Below, piece after piece: positions 50,799 through 64,000 of a stretch of DNA of 64,000 nucleotides. Within the stretch, counting starts at the first letter, position 1; each line of letters begins with the position of its first letter. The stretch comes from Macrostomum lignano. Taxonomy: Eukaryota. The notes beneath the pieces are model-generated. The model had not been told where the DNA came from. It was given only the letters and a program-made list of their open reading frames with translations, and searched no databases. Made by a program: the position numbers and the translations under genes. Location: NCBI GenBank assembly GCA_002269645.1, contig NIVC01002921.1, positions 65,835-129,834 of the forward strand, read 5' to 3'.

Positions 50799-51578
50799 TC
50801 AGCACAAAATCCACACATCGCCAGCTTCTCCGCTGATGGCGGTGGCGAAGCTGCTGAGGCGGCAGAGGCCGCTGCTGCTGTTGAAGCGATAGGAGGAGCA
50901 GCTGGCAGACCGGGCGCAGAGGACGGCGCAGTCATCCAGGCTCGACTTGACGTCCCAGCCCAGTGAGCCGGCGAATGCAGCTGTGGTGACCAGCTTTGGA
51001 GCGGCAGAGGTGGCGAACTTGCGGAAACGAATGCCCGGAATGGCTGCAATTCAGGGAATTGAGATTTCGCAGTAAAAAATCATCGATTTCCAAAATCTAG
51101 GCGGGCAGTAAAGCATTGTTAACGCACAGAGCTAAACAGCAGTGGCACACTTACAGGACGAGTACACATTCTCGTAGATGGAGTTTCGCCAGGCTCCGCC
51201 GCACATCTGCGCGGAATTTCCGCGGCATTTCTGATTGCACTGAAATTCCGGCGCCGGACCCCAGGAGACGTAGCTGGAGTCGCAGCTGCACTCCGAGTTG
51301 CTCTGCACTGCCATGTAGCGGAAGCCGCCATAGATGCCGATCTCGCTGCACAGCTCCACCGTCATGTCGGCTCTGGAAGCGATGCCTTGGCTCACGTGAT
51401 TTACTCTGAATGGGCCGAGCTGGGCGATGCCAACGAGGCCCTGCATGTCTCTGTTGGGCGGCCCTCTGTCAACAAAGCAGCCCACATAGACCGGAGTGGC
51501 CTTGCGCTGGCACAGAGACCCGGAGATCAGCAGAGCGGCCATCGCAACAGCCGCTATGCCAGTTTTATTGAGAGGCAT
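50799..51578 (-). CDS. Secreted WSC+PAN protein, copy E (222 aa, 2 exons)
   Basis: ATG 51578 (MPLNKTGIAAVAMAALL), exon 1 to 51155, 111-nt phase-1 intron GTAAGT..TTGCAG, exon 2 51043-50799 (..DDCAVLCARSASCSSYRFNSSSGLCRL..DVWILC*). One WSC Cys is replaced by Gly (LCSEIG). Confidence 0.88.
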
Positions 51579-52004
51579 CTTCTTTCTGCTAAGGTTAATA
51601 TTTTTGACAGCAACAGCCCTTCCTTGGTCTGAATTTATCGTCAAAAATTCCTTTGGCCTGCACCACGCTGTCTCGATCGCAGTCGATTGGGTGTAAAGAA
51701 ACTGCTGGTTGGCAGATGCGGCTCAAGCTTTCTTCTAAAGAAAGACATCTGACTTAGCGGACGTCTCTCGGAATTTTGAAAGCAATCAACAAGAACGTTG
51801 ATAGGGTTAAGGTTAATTTTTTTCTATGAATACTAGAAAATAGAGTCATGGGTAGAGCAGGAGTGAGAAACGGGAACTGTCAGGAACAGGTGTCGGAGTT
51901 GACGGACGTGGGAGAGTCTGCACTAGCTGGCAGGTGCTGGCTGATCGGTGAAGAGGCGCAAACCGCATCAAGTTGAAGTTCTTCTTAGCTGTCTTGATAG
52001 GCTC

Positions 52005-52600
<596 letters not shown>

Positions 52601-52610
52601 TAGCAAAGTA

Positions 52611-52870
52611 GACACAACCATGCCATTTCTAACAGGCAGTTCCTTTGCACTTCCCACACAGCGTATCTGCATCCACCTGATCTCTCACAGCCCCATATGT
52701 CATATATTTATAAATAAGCATCGGGACTGCTCAAGCGGAATGATGGGGCGCACGCGCAATGGCACAGCGACACTGACGGACGTGATGAGGCTAGTGAAGC
52801 TGCATGGATAGACAAACAGAGATCACAGGTGAAGCTAAAGGCTGCCTATGCTAAAAAATCCGGATTCTCC
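52611..52870 (+). repeat. Diverged direct repeat of about 250 bp, second copy at about 58245-58490
   Basis: Shared collinear motifs CCATGCCATTT, GCAGTTCCTTTGCAC, CCACCTGATCTC, GCTGCATGGATAGAC, GGCTGCCTATGCTAAAA, TCCGGATTCTC. Confidence 0.8.
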
Positions 52871-53121
52871 GGGTTCGATGGGATGGCTTGAGCTCAAGCT
52901 CAATGACACTGTGCTCGGGCAGTTTGGGGCGCTGTGCTTCGCTCCCATATGGTTTGTGGGATGCGGCAGTCAGGGACGATGCTGAAACGAGAAGCAACGG
53001 ATGAAAGAAGAGACAGTCCGGGCTTCCAGCGAGACTATGAGATGAGAGCTGTTATTATACTCAGCAATATTCGGTGCAATACAATAGACTGGGATTCTGA
53101 GAGTTAAGCTTAACCCGCAGT

Positions 53122-54205
53122 CTCATAGGCAGTGAGATACACTGCAGTCTCAGTGAGATACACTGCAGTCTCATTGAGATACACTGCAGTCTCAGTGAGA
53201 TACACTGCAGTCTCATTGAGATACACTGCAGTCTCAGTGAGATACACTGCAGTCTCAGTGAGATACACTACAGTCTCATAGGCAGTGAGATACACTGCAG
53301 TCTCAGTGAGATACACTGCAGTCTCATTGAGATACACTGCAGTCTCAGTGAGATACACTACAGTCTCATTGAGATACACTGCATTCTCATAGGCAGTGAG
53401 ATACACTGCAGTCTCAGTGAGATACACTGCAGTCTCATTGAGATACACTGCAGTCTCAGTGAGATACACTACAGTCTCATAGGCAGTGGGATACACTGCA
53501 GTCTCAGTGAGATACACTGCAGTCTCATTGGGATACACTGCAGTCTCAGTGAGATACACTGCAGTCTCAGTGAGATACACTGCAGTCTCATTGAGATACA
53601 CTGCAGTCTCATAGGCAGTGAGATACACTGCAGTCTCAGTGAGATACACTGCAGTCTCATAGGCAGTGAGATACACTGCAGTCTCAGTGAGATACACTGC
53701 AGTCTCAGTGAGATGCACTGCAGTTTCAGTAAGATACACTGCAGTCTCAGTGAGATACACTGCAGTCTCATAGGCAGTGAGATACACTGCAGTCTCATAG
53801 GCAGTGAGATACACTGCAGTCTCAGTGAGATACACTGCAGTCTCATAGGCAGTGAGATACACTGCAGTCTCATAGGCAGTGAGATACACTGCAGTCTCAG
53901 TGAGATACACTGCAGTCTCAGTGAGATACACTGCAGGCTCATTGAGATACACTGCAGTCTCAGTGAGATACACTGCAGTCTCAGTGAGATACAATGCAGT
54001 CTCATTGAGATACACTGCAGTCTCAGTGAGATACACTGCAGTCTCAGTGAGATACACTGCAGTCTCATAGGCAGTGAGATACACTGCAGTCTCAGTGAGA
54101 TACACTGCAGTCTCAGTGAGATACACTGCAGTCTCAGTGAGATACACTGCAGTCTCAGTGAGATACACTGCAGTCTCAGTGAGATGCACTGCAGTCTCAT
54201 AGGCA
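53122..54205. repeat. 21-nt minisatellite (GAGATACACTGCAGTCTCAGT)n with a longer ATAGGC-containing variant
   Basis: Period 21 (53161 to 53182). Confidence 0.95.
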
Positions 54206-54837
54206 GTATGATAATGGAACATAAGCCAGCAGGCATCGAAAGTCAGTGGAACACATGAGCAGTCAAAAGCAAAACAGAGAATTAAAAATCCAAGGCAGTC
54301 AAAAGCAAACACCCAGCAAAGGCTGACATTTGCTTCATGCTTCACTGCACGGGAGGCATTTTCTCTGCGTTAATTCTCGATTCAGCTGTGTGTATGTGCA
54401 GGGCACTCACTGAACCGGTTCGCTCCACTCAACCTGTGATAATATTTAACAATAAAAGCATCATTGCGCTCTACCTAGTCTACCCGCTGCAGTCTACTGT
54501 CTTTGACCCTCTCTTCTTGGGCTTCTGTCAGGCACGCACCACCGAAGTCTTCATAAGATGGAAAATTGCGCCCTCTATTCAAATATTTACACTGCAAATA
54601 TTGAAATTTATGTTCATTTTTATCATTGATTTATCTTGCCCAAACAAGAAATTATACAGGATAGTTAGTGCACTTGTGGCATGTAATAAATATTGACTAA
54701 ACCAATTTCAACTTATTTATAAAATTAAGTAGCAACTTTCTTAACAGACTACTGTCCAGCATCTAAGTAGTAAAAAGTAAAAATTCATAGTTTTTGCTAA
54801 GAAAACGACAAAGAAATTTTCGCGCAGCACATAAAAA

Positions 54838-57823
<2,986 letters not shown>

Positions 57824-57839
57824 CTCTTTCCTTGCCTTT

Positions 57840-58095
57840 CCTTCACTCTTACCCTCTCTCCCTCTCACCCTCTACCCTTTCTCACCCTCTCCTCTCTCTC
57901 ACCCTCTACCCTTTCTCACCCTCTCCTCTCTCACACCCTCTACCCTGTCTCAACCTCTACCCTGTCTCATCCTCTCCCCACTCTCACCCTCTACCCTCTC
58001 ACCCTCTACCCTGTCTCACCCTCTCCTCTCTCTCACCCTCTACCCTGTCTCACCCTCTCCTCTCTCTCACCCTCTACCCTTTCTCACCCTATCAC
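57840..58095. repeat. CT-rich degenerate repeat (CTCTCACCCTCTACC)
   Basis: Direct inspection. Confidence 0.8.
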
Positions 58096-58551
58096 TCTGA
58101 TTGAAGTTTCTGCTTATTTGCCCTTTTTGAGCCAAATCAGTACGGTGAGGTACGAGAAGAAAACTCCATCAGAGTGAGAGTTGAACTCTAAATAATTCTT
58201 TCGTCAGTCGCGTAGTTCCCAAGCCTTCGGTTGTGCATCTAGCAAAGCCGACGTATTGCCATGCCATTTTTAACACGCAGTTCCTTTGCACAACCCTTTG
58301 GCATGTCTGCACCCACCTGATCTCACACAGCCGCCATACGCCATGTTGCTATTGATATCTATAGATATTTATCAATAAGCACCGCGGCACTGACAGAGAT
58401 GATGACGCCAAGTGAGGCTGCATGGATAGACGAACAGATATCACTGGTGATGCTCAGGCTGCCTATGCTAAAACATCCGGATTCTCGTGGATGCGGGCCG
58501 CCCTGTTATCTGTTCGACTAGACGGCTTGAGCCGCATCTGCCCACCAGCAG

Positions 58552-59198
58552 TTTACCCCCCGAATCAACAAAACTGCCTTAGCAGCTGTAGCGGTGGCCG
58601 CTCTGCTGATCTCCGGGTGCAAAGCCACTCCGGTCTATGCCGGCTGCTTTGTTGACAAAGCGCCAGACGATAGAGACATGCAGGGCCCATACAAAGTCAC
58701 CTACAAGAGCCAGGGCATCGTGTCCAGAAGCGACATGACGGTAGAGCTGTGCAGCGAGATCTGCGTCTACGGCGGCTTCCGGTACTTCGGACTGCAGCAT
58801 TTCCGTCACTGCGTGTGCGACTCCAGCTACGGCTCCTGGGGTTCCGCGCTGGAATCCGTGTGCAACACGCATTGCTCTGGAATGCTGGCCAGGTTTGCGG
58901 AGGAGAAGCTTTAATAAGAGAGACAAGTGAGGTCTATGCTCTTAAAATTTCCATTTCAGATTTGAAAATGCTCGCTTTCGCAAGTCGCCGCCTCTGCCGC
59001 TCCTCAGCTGGTCGCCACTGGCGAAATCGCCGGCTCCTGGTACGTCAAGACGCAGATCCGGATGCAGTGCGCCGCCTTCTGCGCCAGACTACCAGCTGCA
59101 TCTTCTATCACTTCAACAGCAGCAGCGGCCTCTGCCGCCTCAGCAGCTTCGCCACCGTCTTCGCCAACGAGACTGGCGATGTCTGGATCGTCGGCTGA
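58552..59198 (+). pseudogene. WSC-PAN copy F, inverted; frameshifted as assembled
   Basis: Signal remnant and WSC (VYAGCFVD..MTVELCSEICVYGGFRYFGLQHFRHCVC..CSG) then a PAN exon ending DVWIVG* at 59198. No in-frame ATG; in-frame deletions of SLCQR and LVGIAQLG; 1-nt deletions at about 58880, 58985 and 59086; intron apparently reduced to 33 nt (58927-58959). Confidence 0.8.
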
Positions 59199-59654
59199 AG
59201 ACCCAAGCGCTGGCAGCATCTGACCGCCAGGAACTGCCGTATGAGGATGTAACACTCCTGTTTTTCAGAAACTTTTTTCCTTCAATATATTGAAGCTGAG
59301 CTATCGAGAAAGAAACAATAAATCAAGAGCAAACCGTCAAACCGATCATAATTGGAGAGAGCTTTGCGCGGCCTGATGAGGCAGTTAAAGATTAGAGAAG
59401 GAGTAGAGAGTGAAACTTGACTGACAGAGTGGGGGCGGGCAGGGAAGTTGGGTGGGCGACCATCCTCTTCACAAGTTTGCCAAACTCCGCAATTTTGCGT
59501 TTGTCACCCTGCAACACATGTGCAAGTATCCACCTCCGCAACCAGCGCTTTCATGCCAGACGCTCTTCTCCATCATATCGATTTGTACCGAATATAACTT
59601 ATAGTTTTTATGAAAAATTGTATGAAAAACAGTTTTGAATAATTTGAGTTTTGT

Positions 59655-60375
59655 TCTCCTCCTCGAGTCTCCCTTCTCTTCTCCGATTGAGTCTCCCTGC
59701 TCTTCTCCGATTGAGTCTCCCTGCTCTTCTCCGATTGAGTCTCCCTGCTCTTCTCCGATCGAGTCTCCCTGCTCTTCTCCGATTGAGTCTCCCTGCTCTT
59801 CTCCGATTGAGTCTCCCTGCTCTTCTCCGATTGAGTCTCCCTTCTCTTCTCCGATTGAGTCTCCCTTCTCTTCTCCGATTGAGTCTCCCTGCTCTTCTCC
59901 GATTGAGTCTCCCTGCTCTTCTCCGATTGAGTCTCCCTGCTCTTCTCCGATCGAGTCTCCCTGCTCTTCTCCGATTGAGTCTCCCTTCTCTTCTCCGATT
60001 GAGTCTCCCTGCTCTTCTCCGATTGAGTCTCCCTGCTCTTCTCCGATTGAGTCTCCCTGCTCTTCTCCGATCGAGTCTCCCTGCTCTTCTCCGATTGAGT
60101 CTCCCTTCTCTTCTCCGATTGAGTCTCCCTGCTCTTCTCCGATCGAGTCTCCCTGCTCTTCTCCGATTGAGTCTCCCTTCTCTTCTCCGATTGAGTCTCC
60201 CTGCTCTTCTCCGATCGAGTCTCCCTTCTCTTCTCCGATTGAGTCTCCCTGCTCTTCTCCGATTGAGTCTCCCTGCTCTTCTCCGATCCAGTCTCCCTGC
60301 TCTTCACCGATCGAGTCTCCCTGCTCTTCACCGATCGAGTCTCCCTTCTCTTCACCGATCGAGTCTCCCTGCTTT
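59655..60375. repeat. 24-nt minisatellite (GAGTCTCCCTGCTCTTCTCCGATT)n
   Basis: Period 24 (59761 to 59785). Confidence 0.95.
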
Positions 60376-61239
60376 TCTCTTTGAGCTCGGTCTGCAAGTA
60401 GGCGTCAGATGACCGGTCGAGAGTGGCAAAATCAATCAATCATCACCCCGACTTGCAATTGGCACAAGTTCTGACATTGCCATTAGGTTTAGAACGCAGA
60501 CAATCGGGAACGCCCAATTGCCTTCCGTCACTGGCTCAGAGGTGTCACACTACGGAACCAAGTCAACTGTGCGAAACGTGTCTCTGTGACTCCACGTGGG
60601 CAGCGAACTCTCCCAGGGTTCTTATGATTTGCTCAACGCTGGGCGTCCAACTGCCTCCCAGTGGTCCCTTAGGATGAGGCTTCATGAGGCTGATGAACCG
60701 GAAGTTCCGGTGCTGCAATTGTCCCGTTGAGCCGCGGTTCCAGTAGCATCCAGTGACACAGTGGGTGTACTTTGGTACTCCATATCCTGCTGAAAGGCGG
60801 ATTCTCCGTCAGTTTTTTTCCCGCCGTGGTTTTGCCGTCAATATTTGACAGCTGATGTACAAGGGATTTATTCAAAAGACTACTGTCAAGCATCTAAGTA
60901 GTACAAAGCGAAAATTCATAAGTTTTGCCAGCTGAAAAGACAACTGCAAAGGACTTTTAGTGTCGCAAACAAAGGAGCAGACGGATTGGAAACGGAAAGA
61001 ACAACTCATCATTTTCCAGCGGGGCCGAGGTGAGACTGGGACAGCTTCTTTCGGACACCACTTCATCTGCATCGTATTCTTTGCTGCTTTGCACGACTCC
61101 CCATAATTTGTGTAAGTTTTCCCGCCAACTGGTGAATCTTTTCATAGCAACCGGCTGCATGGCCAGTGGGAAGACAGAAAAGATGACCAACAGTCCCGGT
61201 GTCTCTTTCATCAGCTTTATGCTTAAAGGGCATTGCTTT

Positions 61240-61852
61240 ATCTTGCATTCTCCTCGCATTCTCCCTGCATTATACCTAATTTTTCTATGCATTCTCCCTG
61301 TATTCTCCTTGCATTCTCCCTGCATTCTCCCAGCATTCTCCTGCATTCTCCTGCATTCTCCCTGCATTCTCCTGCATTCTCCCTGCATTCTCCCTACATT
61401 CTCCATGCATTCTCCCTGCATTCTCCCTGCATTCTCCCTGCATTCTCCCAGCATTCTCCTGCATTCTCCTGCATTCTCCCTGCATTCTCCTGCATTCTCC
61501 CTGCATTCTCCCTACATTCTCCATGCATTCTCCCTGCATTCTCCCTGCATTCTCCTGCATTCTCCCTGCATTCTCCCTGCATTATACCTGCATTCTCCTG
61601 CATTCTCCCTACATTCTCTCTGCATTCTCCCTACATTCTCCTGCATTCTCCCTGCATTCTCCCTGCATTATACCTGCATTCTCCTGCATTCTCCTGCATT
61701 CTCCCTGCCTTCTCCCTGCATTCTCCCTGCATTCTACCTGCATTCTCCCTGCATTCTCCCTGCATTCTCCCTGCATTCTCCTGCATTCTCTCTGCATTCT
61801 CCCTGCATTCTCCCTGCATTCTCCTGCATTCTCCCTGCACTCTCCTGCATTC
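61240..61852. repeat. 10-11 nt repeat (TGCATTCTCCC)n
   Basis: Direct inspection. Confidence 0.93.
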
Positions 61853-62440
61853 TAAATTCGAGCTTAAGCCGCAGACGCAGATCCTCAGTTCCCAGGTAAT
61901 CTCATCGCTGAGTGGTTAATTATTGTCCGAATATCCCCTCTCAATGCGTCACCTGCCCGGTGCAGCTTTAAGCTGTCAAGCAGACGCGAGAGGATCGGAG
62001 AGAGCAGGGGAAATACTGGCCACCAGAGGAGCAGGACGTGGGCGCTCAAGGTCTCATCGCTAATTAAAGGCAATTCCTTTGCGGCACTCACGCGCAGCTG
62101 TGGGAGACGCAAAGAGGCGCCAAATTTCCGAGGAGGAACTGAGATGGGATGGGAAAACGGGACGCTGCTCGGGACCAGCAATTTCTTCATCTTCTAGCTG
62201 AGCATCTGTCTGCCTCTGCGCAGCCTCCCATCTGCCTTATTAGCGTGAGAGGGAAAAGCGCCTCAGCCTGCCATCCTCATGCAGCGCCTCTCTCTCTCTC
62301 TCTCCAGTGCGTGCAAGTCAGCTGGATTCGGGCACCTTTTCTTCTTTTTAAAGCAATTTGCTCCAGAAATAAAACTGGATTTTGTAGGGACTGTCTTGAG
62401 GCTGGGGACTGGCTTGACCTCACGACCTCAAGAAAATATG

Positions 62441-62605
62441 GTTAGTTAATTAGTTGGTTAGTTAGTCAGTTAGTTAGTTAGCTAGCTAGTTAGTTAGTTA
62501 ATTAGTTAGTTAGTTAGTTAGTTCGTTAGTTCGTTAGTTAGTTCGTTAGTTCGTTAGTTAGTTAGCTAGTTAATTAGTTAGTTAGTTAGTTAGTTAGCTA
62601 GTTAA

Positions 62606-62643
<38 letters not shown>

Positions 62644-62693
62644 CGTTAGTTCGTTAGTTAGTTCGTTAGCTCGTTAGTTAGTTAGCTAGTTAA

Positions 62694-62737
<44 letters not shown>

Positions 62738-62757
62738 CTAGTTAGTTAGTTAGTTAA

Positions 62758-62789
<32 letters not shown>

Positions 62790-62797
62790 CTAGTTAA

Positions 62798-62871
<74 letters not shown>

Positions 62872-62897
62872 GGTTAGTTAGTTAGTTAGTTAGTTAA

Positions 62898-62930
<33 letters not shown>

Positions 62931-62960
62931 AGTTAGTTCGCTAGTTAGTTAGCTAGTTAA

Positions 62961-63040
<80 letters not shown>

Positions 63041-63052
63041 CTAGTTAGTTAG
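62441..63052. repeat. (TAGT)n microsatellite, imperfect
   Basis: Direct inspection. Confidence 0.95.
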
Positions 63053-63728
63053 CAAGGGTTCCAATTCAACTTTGCTCGTAACAGCTAGCTAGCTGATGGC
63101 TTCGAACTCCTCCTAGGATTAGCGACAATCACGCGGATATTTTCTAACTTCATCAGTAATTCCTAACCTCCCACCCCATTCGCATGAGGATTTTGCCCCC
63201 GCGCTTAGCTCCTTGCATTTGGAAAAAAATTGCCGAGTCGAGCATGTCCGGGATGAGATTCGAGCCGGGTGACGGGCTTGGCTACAAGTTTCCTTGTTCG
63301 AATCCGCTTCCCCTCCTTCCTTGTCTGCCGGATTAACTCGGGAATCAAGGATTAATCCCGGGTCGAGTGGGATATCGAGTTTCGAGTTTTGTCCTCAGAG
63401 GCCGAGAGCCTAAATGTGAGCTCATGTGAGCTATGTTTTTCGAGCAGGTCGTATTGAGGAAGCGCGCTTCTCTTTGTCAAAGGCCGATACAATGGATCGG
63501 AGAGGCAGGTGAGCGCCAGAGCGATACCAGAAGCCTATTGATAACCAGTAGAAACAAAAGCTTGCAAAGCAGATCAGCTCGAGTTAAAAGCAATTTTGCC
63601 AGAACGCTGTCTCAACGCTATTCTGGATAGAAAAAACAGATAGATTTGATTGCTTTTTAAATTTTTTTTGAAGACTAATCAAGCATCTGCTCAGGAACGC
63701 TGTTACTATTTTTAGAAACCTTCTACGA

Positions 63729-64000
63729 TGACGTCACAATCTTAGAGTATTTAAAGTACATTTGTCCTGTGACGTCACAATTAAATCAACATTCATAGTA
63801 CATTTGACCGGTGACGTCACAATCGAATGACGATTTAAGAGCATTTGCACGGTGCCGTCACAATCAAATGCCTATTTATAAAACACTTAGTGACATCACA
63901 ATCAAATGAACTATTTATAGAAAATCTGCACGGTGACGTCACAATCAAATGCCTATTTATAAAACACTTAGTGACATCACAATCAAATGACTGTTTATAG
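63729..64000. repeat. Array of 38-43 nt units with a TGACGTCACAAT core, runs off the window end
   Basis: Cores at 63729, 63770, 63812, 63853, 63891, 63934, 63972; four are perfect TGACGTCA. Confidence 0.85.

Noticed and set aside
53110-54345. (TETAVYL)n 411-aa repeat protein; likewise (SRETQSEK)n at 59573-60439 and (MQGECREN)n at about 61 kb
   Set aside because: Minisatellite translations open in several frames on both strands, with no signal peptide, splice context or unique coding flanks.
60420-60800. Possible minus-strand exon or further PAN relic (GYGVPKYTHCVTGCYWNRG..NFRF)
   Set aside because: No conserved PAN cysteine spacing, no nucleotide similarity to copies A-F that I could see, and several stops.
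63729-64000. CRISPR-like repeat-spacer pattern
   Set aside because: Core is only about 12 nt and the linkers are homologous to each other; eukaryotic context.

Overview
Intron-rich animal DNA, not prokaryotic: GC-rich exons, GT-AG introns and more than 25 tandem repeat arrays. The style suggests a repeat-rich invertebrate such as a free-living flatworm, but that is an unverified inference. Most long ORFs in the supplied track are repeat translations. Gene models were built by hand from splice sites and frame continuity. 1-23 kb holds three + strand conserved genes: the 3' part of an alsin/ALS2-like GEF (RCC1 tail, DH, PH, MORN, VPS9), RRP36 and TMCO4 (DUF726). Most of their introns contain a private minisatellite. 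25-27 kb holds two tandem paralogues of a secreted 8-cysteine protein I cannot assign to a family, followed by a 6 kb 23-nt satellite. 35.8-39.6 kb (-) is a Q-rich gene with a Smaug/Vts1-type SAM domain. 41.9-59.2 kb is the most unusual part: a cluster of small secreted two-exon WSC+PAN/apple genes. It contains 3 intact copies, 2 disrupted copies, 1 orphan but intact PAN exon and 1 short relic, with variable loops on a fixed scaffold and signs of mosaic recombination. No CRISPR, rRNA or complete tRNA gene was found. No database search was run.
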